Part shown: positions 50,701-62,900 of the stretch, piece after piece
Layout of the letters: every line of letters begins with the position of its first letter
Position numbering within the stretch: the stretch's first letter is position 1
Origin: Ophelia neglecta
Taxonomy: Eukaryota
Length of the DNA stretch: 64,000 nt
Assembly: GCA_965285935.1 (NCBI GenBank)
Contig: OZ260665.1
Span: 31,310,001 to 31,374,000, forward strand
Reading direction: 5' to 3'
Position numbers and translations under genes: made by a program
Notes under the pieces: model-generated
Databases searched by the model: none
What the model was told of the DNA's origin: nothing
Seen by the model: the letters and a program-made list of their open reading frames with translations, nothing else

Positions 50701-53700
50701 CAGCTCACTGGAGGGGTAGGATGACCCCTCCCCCTCCTTACACTGTCGTAATCCGAGGCCCCCTTTTCTGTTCTGAGGAGGGTGCAGAGACCTGTCCACT
50801 TGAGAGGTGGCCCTACCCCCAGCCCCCCTCCCCCCCCCCCCCCTAAATCCTTCTTGACATCAGGAGTGTATAATAAGATTGGACGGTGATTAATACTATT
50901 TCCAGATCAGGTGGAATGAAAGAATGAAAGAAACCACATTTCTAAATCAACACTCTCGGTAAACCTGAAAGTTGTTATTCTGGTAGAGAGCTGTGTAATT
51001 ATAATGACATCCATGATTATAAAAAATTGTTTTAAAAACGCCTTTCATATATATGTATTACTCATGTATAAAATGTGTTCACCATGTTGAACACTCAATC
51101 TGCAACTATGTAAAAACTTGTATACATGTACGAGTATTTACCAATAAAACAGTTACATTTTTGCAAGTTATTTATTTCAAGCCACTTCTCTGACAGGGGT
51201 CTTCATCGATGGGGAAATGCAGAACCAATGGACAATCAAGCATTCATAGTGAGTGGTTTGTGGTGAGGTGACCCCAGCAAGCTTGTAATTTGAATTATTG
51301 CCCAAAATACAGAAAATTGCCGGTGAGGCTGCACAATGTTGTGTGTATAAGCCTGGTTGAGTGATTGTGGCAGATGATCCCTGTAGAAAGGCCCTCAGAA
51401 GTGAGAAGCACCATCATCATAAAGTTTAGATTGTTGGCCATCCAGGAAAAGTTGGCTATAAATGATTATAGACAGGTGGCTGTAAAAGATCCCATGCTAT
51501 ACACATTATGGGATTGACTAATAACAGTGGCCATTACTTAGACCAAACTCAACACATTCTTCAGCCTGTGGTTGACAATCTCGTGTCTGGCTGAAAATTG
51601 TTCTCATTTCCTCAGAATCTATTCGGCACACTTTTGTAAAAGGCAGCCTCGGCCGGTGTCTATGGCCCCCATCATGTAAATTATCTCCCAGAATTTGTAA
51701 TTCCTTCTCTAACTCTGCAATGAATTTTGTTGATCAAAGGGATGGATTTTCCCGATAAATCTTACTGAATTTTGTTGTTTCCCAGAAGAAATCATGATTG
51801 GTTTACCTAGCTTGTTTGTTGATGAAGGGAAGCTTCTTTGGCCTTTAAACCCCCCAGATTCAGTAGCTTAGTGTCTTTACATCCCATGGAATTTCAGGTA
51901 ATGTTTGTGCATTCCGGCTAGATCTACAACAGTGCTTATAGGTTGACAATATGGCTTGTTGGTGCCATTTATCTACAAAACGCCTCAGTAAACTTTGATG
52001 AATTGTAGCTCAAAGTATCCTTTGTTGTCTGCTATTGGTAGATTTTCAATTGGAGAGGGTTGCTATCCGTTCTTTTTTATAACGTAATCAATGTTAGAGG
52101 TTATTTAGGGCCAGTTTCACTGCTACGCTAAAACCTACCTTCATGGAATCTATAAGAAATATTTTCACAAGTACAGATAGGAAACTAAAGACTAGCAGTG
52201 CATCAGGGTAATTTCATGAGAATTGCCAGGTAGGTAATTTCAAAGAGCAAAATGATGGAATTGAATGTCAGGCAAAAACTTCCTGAAGACTACTGATTTA
52301 TATTTCTCCCATTTGAGCGCATCATGCAGCAGAGGGGGGAGCAACATAGGTCTTCTCCATCTGCCATCTTTTGTGTTTCCATGGCAACAAAATAGTTCTG
52401 GAAAGTGGCCCAGGTATAAGTTAATGATAAAAGGGATGCTGTGAGACATGAAGATATGCTGTAGAATGTTAGTTGAGGGGTATCTGAATGACAGTACACA
52501 GATGGTTCGCCTCTTTTCTCCAACCACCGAGCACCAGAGTCGCAACCCAACTTGTCTGAAGGGCCAAGGGCCACTGGCTCAGATCACTGCGGAAGTCTCT
52601 TCATCTTGTAACACCTCGCAGTTGTCTTCGGTGAGGTGCCTTAAAAAAAATAGTACCACATCGAAATGGCAAATAAAGCACTTACAGACAAAGGTTTTCC
52701 TCAAAAAAATGAAGAATATACATGTATATCTTCATAGATTGTGTTTGAATTGATCAGAACCAACCCAATCTTAAAAGTAATAAAGAACTTGACTTCAGAT
52801 AGCTTTAAATACTGGAATAAGTACGGTGATAAAACACTTTGATGAGTAAATGTTTGGGTAATTTTCTTCTAAATGTTATTTCTAAACTGGTGGCTGTATC
52901 TCATTTGTGCGAAAAAGCCGTCTGCATTTTGGCCTGGGTAGAATGAGGCCCCAATTTAGTATCTACCAATATTGAAGTTTCCTGGTCACCCTATCTGGTT
53001 TCAAGGGTCTCTTGGGGGCTAATTTGGCACTTTTTAGCAAAATTAGTGTTCCCACCAACAGACTGAAGTGCCTGAGATTGTAGACAAAAAAATCCAACAC
53101 ATTTTGGAGGTCACAGTATCAGTAGAATGCAGTCACTCCATTATACCGACATCTCAATGATTTCAAACTCTTAAAACTGCCTCAAACGACATCCTATAAA
53201 TTGCTGAATAGACAACGGGTATTCTAGCGCGATCTCTGAGTGTCTGTAGGCTAGGCCCTGCGAGGAGAGCAAGAAAAAATGGGATGCTGATAAAAACGTC
53301 ATTAATGGAAATCAAACTGCTGCAAAAGATGGGAAGTGTCAAGATTATTCAAGAATAATCACCCTTCAATTGGAGACTGATCTTTAAATCTTGAATTGCG
53401 AGGACCCTCGTGAATAAGTGCTTGCCATGAATTATTGGAAGCCGATATTGCCATGCGGATTTACAGATTATTCCGAGTGTGTTCTTGTTTTCCGAGATTG
53501 TGGGACAGGCTAGTTTTTGTATTGCAGGAGATTCATTAATTGTGGTTTTCTCCGGCCGCTCCTCCTGGAAGTATCGCCGGCTGGCTGTTGTGTTCAGTTG
53601 GCTATTAGCCACCTTGAGCCAGTGGCAGCAAACGGACAAGAGATTTCAATTATGCAGCATTTGATAAATTGTTAGCAAAGCTGGTTTGGTTTTATGTGCT

Positions 53701-56700
53701 CTGACACGAGGCCAGCAAATGTATAAATATTGGAAACAGTTGCACACAAGGGCAGCCCCATCTGAGATTCTCTGACATCTCATTTCCTGGGGCTTCCAAT
53801 GGCGATTGCTTGCACGGATTTCAGGGGATTGTGAAGACATAGATCATGTGCTTTGGGGGCAAGTTGTGTCCTGGCCAGGGTAAAACAGTTTTTCACTATC
53901 AGGATGAATAAGGAGAAGGATGGAGGCAGACGGCAGTTACCTTTCGAAGGGGAGAGGGGTTCTATCCCCACCCCACACCCCTATTCCATTAACTTCTGAC
54001 CTTGCCTGGTGATCTAACCACTCTACCTTTCACATTCCGCCAAGGTATTGTCAGGTTACCATGTGCCTGGAATGCTTTTCCCCGCGACTAGTCTTAAATG
54101 TTTCTACATTTGTAGCATAACTTCTATCAGAGGCCAAAATAAATTTTCGGTAGTTCATAGGAATGCCGAGGCAGTGGTGGACATTACAATGGTAGAAAGC
54201 TTAATGTCTCTCCATATGATTGATTATCGGAGCCTGGAAGCTGTGGTCATTACCAGTATATCCCAAACAAACAGACTGCAAATAAGTTGCTGTAGTTGCA
54301 GTAGTGGGCTCACTTTTTCTGTCTGGTATGAGATATAAGCGGCCATTTGGCCGTCTGATCTCCAGGTCTTGGACATCATGGAATGTCTGCTGGGCCCTAA
54401 TGAAAGTGGCCATTACTCAAACAAAGGTGAACATCTATACAGCGTAATGCCAGTCCCAGACTGTTTGCCTTCTCCACTAGTGTCTATATACATTTAGAGT
54501 TGATCGGTGATGGTCTAGCGGGCTACCTGGTTGTCAGCAGAGATACCTCATATCACAGAGCATCTCAAAGCCACCAAATGCCCAGGATGTGATACACATC
54601 TACTGGTGCAGCCTGTCTTCTTAGCCACCAGTCAGAGTGCCTCCTCTACACATTTACCTTATTCCCTGATATAATTAATAAGCAAACCAGACATGAATTT
54701 TAATCAGTGCCACTCACTTTATCTGTGTTGGGGATCATTTTGCATTTAAAACATGGCATGTTGAGTTAACGTTTGCATGTGGAATGCATTTAATACAAGA
54801 TCTGAAGAGAAATCCTGACTCCAATCTCTCAATAAAAGACCAATATTCCTTTCATCGGGTCCCTGCCAGTCTACCCCAGCCATATCTCAGCTATTAACCA
54901 TGCTCATTTTTTTCTGGAATCTTTCCTTGAATTTAAGCAGAATAGATGCTCATGTGAAAAAAGCACAAGTGCCTGATTGGGAGTGTGTTTACTAGTGTTT
55001 AGGGCCGGTTTGCTTTCTTACAGCAACCTAAGCCTAAGTGTTTAGTAGGCCCCAAGGTATTGGCCCTCCACCCACACGTGGCTGCAGCCTTGCATCCCTA
55101 CACACAAATACCTCCATATCAACAGATTAGCTGACGGGGATCAATCGGATCTCACTTTATTGGCTGTGTAAATCTGGGCAAATCCTTGGCTTCCTTCTAC
55201 CGGCTGAGATCAGATGGAGCTTAATTCCCCAGATGATTAGGGTCAGTGGTACAAGAATCTGATTGCCAGCCACTGGCTGGACAGACTGAATCAGGGAGGC
55301 TAAGAATAAGTAACCAGGGAGCACTGTGTCCAGAGCAGACTTCAGTGATTACTGACCAGCACCAAGCCCTAGGCTTTATACAGGATTAACAGATTAGATA
55401 GCTACTAGATTAAGCTGTATTTAAGGCTCTCGGGTCCTAGAGAAAACTCTATCAAATAATCAACTGTCAGGGCCGGTTTAAGCTTCACCACCATCCCATG
55501 AGGGGGGGGGGGGACCTTGGAAGAGCACAGCTAGTCACAGCATAGTATTGAGTCCTATTCAAGGGTGAATGATGGCTACAGCAGCTATAACCCAATATTC
55601 CCTGGCTTTATTGTAGTTATAAATTCAGCTTCTCAATTCAATTTATTTCCATAACACACTTCCCTATTGAAGTTTTTAAGATAACTCGGCCATTTCTTTC
55701 TAAAGCTACATGTGTATCTTTGCATAATGAAAAAAATGCAAATTAAATCATGCACTATTATATGTAAAAATCATTTAAATCATGAAAGAATTTTGCATAT
55801 GAAATTTTACCTATTTTCCTGCACAATACATGAAAAGCAATTTGATGCGATCGCTATGCAATTTTCCTTTTTTATTATGGTTTAGCATGGAAATCAACCA
55901 TCAAAGGGTGGACGCTTGGTTGAATTTGAAAACGTCGACAAATGTTAGTTATTGAGTCAAAGGAAAACGACAATGATGCAGCCAGGCGATCTGAGTGTAA
56001 TAGTTACATGGCTTGGTGGTTGATGATGGTATCAGAAACATTATACATGATAGATGTAATCAGCCCGGGTAGGGCCAGGTACCAAACTACCTCCAGTCCT
56101 TTCAAACTGTCACAGGGTCCTGAAGATCAAGCTCACAATATAAATTATATAGTCATGAAAACGATGCAGCTGAAATGATATAAATTTATTTTCTTTTGTG
56201 TAAAGATATACTTAAGATTGTGTTTGTACATAGCAGTTGTCATTGACAGAACGGGTCAAAAAAGGCAGATATTCATTCTTGTTTCCCTCTTGTTAACTAA
56301 CTACTTGATTCAGCCATCAAGATGTACTTGAAATTGAAGATTTTTACCATATCCTTCATTGTAAGTGGTTCATAATGCTTGGGGTTTATCAAATATAATC
56401 TCATATATGGCTCCAGTGTTTTAAAGACAAAGTTTTGCCTATTGTTTGATAAAGCTAAGACCACCGGTGTGACTATATAAATTATTCTCTTTTGAAGCCA
56501 GATGATGGGTATTGTGTGCTTTTAAATGTCTATCGGCTGCCTTCTTTAAAAGAGTTTATGGGTTTGAAGGAGAACAAAATGATTGTTCTATCAACCGATC
56601 TAAAGTTACTCAATTTAAACTATTTAATGGATCTGTCATCTGGTCAGTGTGAATTCCAGTACCTTGAACTACCAAGTTATTCTCTTTATTGAAATTATCA

Positions 56701-59700
56701 GAAGGACCAAGTGTGATTGCCAGATCAATGGTGGAGATCAAAGTTGGGTCATTTTGATACCTCGTATTCTTCATGTAAACATGGCTATTGTTAAGTTAAC
56801 GCTGCTGACAATAGATAGATTATCTGGACTGGCCCCTGTGCTTCCTCCCACATCTGGCCCTGTAGGGCAGAAAGGCCAGTCAACAGTAGTCAGCCCCTTT
56901 AATTGACTTGGATTAAACTCCCAATGGTGTTGTAATTGAAAAATTAACACATGGGCCAATGCTCAGTTGAATGAATTGAATGGAATTCTGAACAGACCTT
57001 ATGTCAAACACCAAGAACCATTAAGGTACTAATGGGAGGCTCGTGCCTCACTGACTGTACAGTTGTAATTAATTTTGGAATAAAATGCCCATAATCGCAT
57101 CTTTTATAGTTTTCCGCAGATGCAATTTTGATGATTTTATATCAGATTGGATATTTATTATGACGTGGAAATTCTCTTCGCTACAGGGGTCTGATTGTCT
57201 GCTGATCAGTGTTTTGTTAGCAGGGTGACTTGGGATTCAGGCTGTCCCATGTTTAAGGCACTGTTGTTAAAAGTGCCTGCTCTCAGAGAGTTCACGAAAG
57301 TCATGAAGCTTAATAAGGTCATTCCCTTTAATAAAGAAAAGAGCCAACTCGCATTTTTAAATTGAGGTGTTAACTCCATCACTGCAAATGTGGCTTCACA
57401 CTAACGAGATACGATGTGAATCCTACATCCAAGATGCATCCTCACTCAGCAATGGGTAATAATAATTACCAACCATGGAAAACTAACCCTGGTGTATTTT
57501 ATTGGTTTTTACAAATGCCCGCCTTGGGAACCATAAAGTGCCAGCAAGGCATTGGCTGATATAGCTCATCTCATAACTCATCCTCTAGTCTGAAAGCCAG
57601 GCAAATAGTGCCAAAAATTTATGAAAATTTAGGTAGTTGGTGATTAATTAGGAAGGAACATAACGCCAAGATGATTGCAAGGGGATGGCTGGATGACGAC
57701 CATAACTCGGCTCCCCCTGATCAAGAGAAATTGCGGCTGTCTCTCCGAGATTTCCTCGGCAAGCCGGCCCAGGTGTAGATTATGTATTAGGGGATGATTG
57801 TATCACGTTTCTATGGAAATGAGTCCATGGAAGAACAGAGCAAAAACTCCCGGAAAGTGTGACCGTAATGTCTGGAGACCGGCAAGATAAATGAGGGACT
57901 ATAAAATGCTCTCATAAACAAGTGTGAATATTAGCCGGCCAAATTTCAGTTGAATTTACTGCAAATTGATGGGGTGTATGAATAATCAGGGAATATTCTC
58001 TGGCGATTGGCTATAGAAATGCCATGCTTATTTTGGGGCTAAGCCTATAAATTTATCTGACTCTAGTAAAGTATGGCCCTGAACAAAAAGTTGTGTTGTT
58101 AGGAAAACAGCACGGTTTTTAACCAAATGTTTTGAAGAAAAGAAATACATGGCGATATATATCAGGGCGGCACACCCATGGTGAATGTAATAGTTTAAGG
58201 TACTTTAATGATGCTCATCATACAAGTTGCCTTCAGGCTACTAAAAAAGAAGTTCATTTTCCAGGTGGTATTTATCATGAGGATAAAACGAAAAATGTAG
58301 TCCGTGTAGAGGGTGTAGAAATGAAGCAATTTTGGTGACCCAATGAAAAAACTTGAAATTCGCCATCATCCCTGGAAGTTTGGAGTAAAATACCATGTCA
58401 TATCTGATCTACCAACCCATGTATTCCCAAATTATGTTATGGTGTCTGATGATGTAGGCAACTTCTATCATAATTTGCCTGACTCTCAGTAATTTATCAC
58501 CAACAATCTAATTTATACCCAGCATCAGCCTTTCTACAAGCTGGAAAATCAACTGTGGCTTTCCTAATGTTATTGACCCCATGTCATCAGAATTGATATA
58601 ACTTTATCTTATTGTATGTAGATTAAATTTGGGCTCCCTTGAGGAGATTTGCTGCCAAACATACATGTAATATAGTGTAGAGTGACCAAAGAACATCTCT
58701 GGAGAGAAGCAAATTTGGATAAATGTGAGGAGAGATTGCATGGTAAGTGATGCTGATGGTAAATTTGGATGGCATTGCCATTGGTTCTGTGAGTGGCTCT
58801 TCCATTGATTCCAGCATTGCTAATGCAGCTAGATTCTCAAGTTTTTCCTTCAGCACAATAAGCATTAAAACTTAGTGATTGGTTCAACATTTATAGAAGT
58901 ATAGAATCGCATTGTAATATATAGTACAAATACATGTACCTGTACATACATAAATCAAAGGACAACCTATAATCAAAATACAAGTTTTGATCTGAACCAT
59001 GAGGCGTTTACACAGCCACTGGCCGGGAAACCAGTTTTTGCATGAATTAATTATAGAGTTGCTTTATTTCTACTTGCACCAAACTAAAATCTACAGGAAA
59101 TTCAGCTAACTAATGTTTTTAAAATTCGAGTTCTTTGTTAGCGTGTTCTCATTCACATCGAGCTATTGGTCATTAGAGTTGACTAGATGTTGTTAATGTT
59201 AGGAATGGATGAGCTTTAGATGCGTCTATGAGCAGATCTGAGAATTGCTATAAAAAAGAGGCACATCCATAAGTTTGTGGTATACTTTTGTTATGCATAC
59301 CTAAATATTATAACTTATTATTACCTACCTGGTTTCTAATATTTGTGCCAAACAGGATAAACTTTATAAAGTTTTCAAGGAAGGGCCCATTTTATTCATA
59401 CCATACCTATTCACCATCAATTAATATATTTTGCTTCATAGCCTCGGGGTAAACTGGATCTGTAGATGCCGCATATATAGTATTTTGGCAGCAATGGAAA
59501 TTTCTACCAGTTTTTTTTAGTTTTGTCATTTCCCTTCACAATAATTAGGATCTGATAATTTTAATATTTCCTCCACTTTTTGTTGAATCGTAATAGGTGC
59601 ATATCTCCAATCAATTTGGGGAAAATTATGAACTATCGTAATGATCTCTATCTTTTTTTTACTTAATGCACCTACATAACCTGATAACTATCTTATTTGT

Positions 59701-59974
59701 ATAATGTATGATATACGACGTTTGTTTCTTGAAAATAAAGAAGTGGTGAAAGATATGCCGAACCAGAGAATGTTGTCTACAGTTTGTATGTTATGCCCGC
59801 TGGCAGTTGGATCTTTGTATTGAGATACTTAAGTTGGACATTTATATCGTTACATAAAAAGCATGCTTCAAAGTATGACTATAGTGCCAATTCATGGTGC
59901 TATAACTTGTCTGTTGCAGACATAAGTTATATTGTAATGATTTGAAGCAGGCGGTGAACTGTGTAGGTCAAAGT

Positions 59975-59989
59975 GTGCCCCCTGGTGGA
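59975..59989 (-). promoter_or_regulatory. Strong CTCF-like motif
   Basis: The reverse complement TCCACCAGGGGGCAC matches the CTCF core CCACCAGGGGGCRC. Binding is untested. Confidence 0.5.
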
Positions 59990-62900
59990 GGCTAAGGTCA
60001 ACAGGGCAATTAGGTGAATTAGGCCATCCAACTGCTCCCAATTAATGTTCATCCTCAGAAATTTGATCTGGGCGCAATGAGCCATGTATTCTCTCCATAT
60101 TTCAAATAAAATTTTGACAAACTGGGCCTATTAGGGATGGAGGAAGGGAATTAGGTAGCACTATGGTACTAAAGATCCATTAGCCAGCCATTGCTGCCTC
60201 TCAGCGGACACCCAAATCACCCTCCATAGCTCAATATAATAGTATTAAGGCACATAAAAATGAATTTTTCAAAAAATTGCCAAGTCCCAACTGATGGCAC
60301 TCCAATAGTCTGAATGAAGTCGTAGAAATGTGTAATTTACTGTAGGAGTATTGGAAGACAATTGATCTGCTTTGGACCACTGATGTGTTAAGATCCCAAT
60401 CAAAAATCACTCTTCTTGTGCTGCCGCAATCCAATTGGCCGTCCCATCAGAGCTTTATTTGGCTACAAATGCAATTGTGACCTCTCATCGGAAATGCTGA
60501 CAAACAAAATTTTGTCTAAATTCATATTATGCTAGTAGACTAGATAATGGCACTTATTGGAGCAATAGCTTGAACTCTAGGGGACTTGGTCAGATCAAGA
60601 TAAATGTGAAGGGCTTCCCTGTACACGGCTGCATTAGATTGTAGAACTACACAATTGCTCTTAGCATGCAATACAAGATCAAAATAGTTTTTTGCAATTT
60701 TCCTTTGTTGTGTGTTGCAAATTGACTATTATTGCCTTTTTGCCTCCTGGATTGGTTTTAGGGAGGAACTGGTAATCATGCCATGCCTCACCTTTCTATT
60801 GGGGGTCCATATGCCAGGACAGGGTAAGTTACCTGCTTGTCAGCAGCCGACCGACCGAAGCAGGCTGAAACCTATCAATTGTTAGTTATAGGCTTGAGTA
60901 GCTATCAATGTGTGGTGCCCAGTGGGGGGGTGTTTACCCCTTTTACCACCCCAGTGGGGCACTAATTGCTCTTGATTTAAAGGCCATTACAGTATCAAAG
61001 GGGGGCAGATTATGTGCAGGTTCTCGGTTATCTGGGACGAAATATTGAGGAACATATTAAAATTCAAAAATGGAAAACATCATATTATAAAAATGATAAT
61101 GAAAATTAAATCTGTTTTTGGGCTACAATCCACAGAAAACATTTATCTCTTTGAATGTAAAGTTTCCAGTGGACCCTTTCAGACTTGTTTGAGTCCATCT
61201 TGATTATGTTAAAGCTGTCTGAAGAGATAGCTTGTCATGTAGCAGAAAGTTGATGCTAACTTTCTCACCAATAGCTGTCTAAGGCCCTTTACAAACAGAG
61301 CGCCACACTTTGTCGCTCTTGAAAACTCTTTGACGGTTGCCAGTTGATGCATTTAATGCATTTGCTGACTCCATAGAGATGAGTATTTTTTCTGAGGTCA
61401 GTCATGCACGTGCAGGGCATGCCCCACAGTGACTAATATTACCGGGCTTGATGGCAGTATTTGGCGGGAAAGGCCAATTTGTGGTGAAATACAAGCTTTA
61501 TGTACACAGATGCAGCCCTGTATCAAATGGTTCCCCACGAACATCCGACTGAATGTGTTGCTATATCGAATGTTCTCCCTGTCACATCTGTGGTGTTTTA
61601 TCATAATGCTATGAGTCAATCAGACAATATATGAAAGGAATTTTGTAAGAGGGAAAGGAAAGATGTTGGTTCATATTTCTGATGGGGGCTGAGTTGTTCT
61701 TTATACATGACATCCGATCTGCCCGAGTAGAGGTACATCCGACAATTGTCCATTGTCGCCCATTAAGGCTGGGCTCTGTCTTAGAAGATGACATACCAGC
61801 AGTAAGCATTCCCATCAAAGAGCTTTAAAAATTTGCCAAAATGGGCATATCTGAAAATGAAGTCTTTCTTAGCCACAAAAGAGCTTTTGATGTTGCTGCG
61901 ACTGCTTGCAGATCTTAGCATGACATGTACATGTGTATGGAGACAGCCTAATCAGGCTAATGCAGGGCCGGCATTAGCATCCCCTATACAAGGTCTACAT
62001 GTACATTACAGGGACTTCATTTTTATGAATTTGCAGATAATTTCGAAGCATAAAATTGTCAAATATTCTATTTCCTGGAAAGTCCTGCTACATTAGCAGC
62101 CTAGCGAACAGGATCTTGGCTCGATGGCTAATTATCTAGATGCGTGCTTTCGACAAACTAAGTTTTTGTAGGGCTTATGCGGCATTGTCGTTGTTAGTGA
62201 GATAAGTCATAAAAGTCTTGTGCAAGTTATTTAAGATGCTGAACAAAAGCATTATTAACCATAAACTGCCTCTGGTTCATTGCTAAATCCCATAACAATA
62301 AGCTGTTTGCATACAGAATACATAAAGTTGCCTACCAGAGTTATTTACATTCACAATAAAAGCTGTTGGAGAGATGGGAGAGGGCCACAGAGGAAAGATG
62401 TGCCACGGTTATCTATGCCGGCCCATTTGCCGCTAACGTTTTATACAAAGCAGCATTTAGAGGTCGTAGCAACCATTTCCATATATTGTCTAGATAATTC
62501 AGATTAATGCTGCTGCCTGCATCGGGAGACACTCATTGTCGGACACAGCTGCATTATGGGCGGCGAGGTGCGAAGTAATTTTACAATAGTGTGAATGCCC
62601 AAAATGAGTTGGCCTCACATCGCAAGGTTATTTTCCCATTTCCCTTTATTGATGAGTAGATAGTGTGAAGTTTGTGGATCTCCTGGGATGCACGATGGAG
62701 CAATGTGTGGCAGAGATGGAGCGCCCATCGCTGGCAATATTGGGGCAGTGCAGCCCCAAGGGGCCCAGCGCAGGACAGACCGAAGAGGGGCGTGAATCTC
62801 ACACCCCAATCCAGCCGCAATGAAACATGACGATTGGTATGTCCAATTTAGGTGGATAAGCCATTCTTTCTCAGTCCCCTGGAAGAAATAAGTCTTCTTG

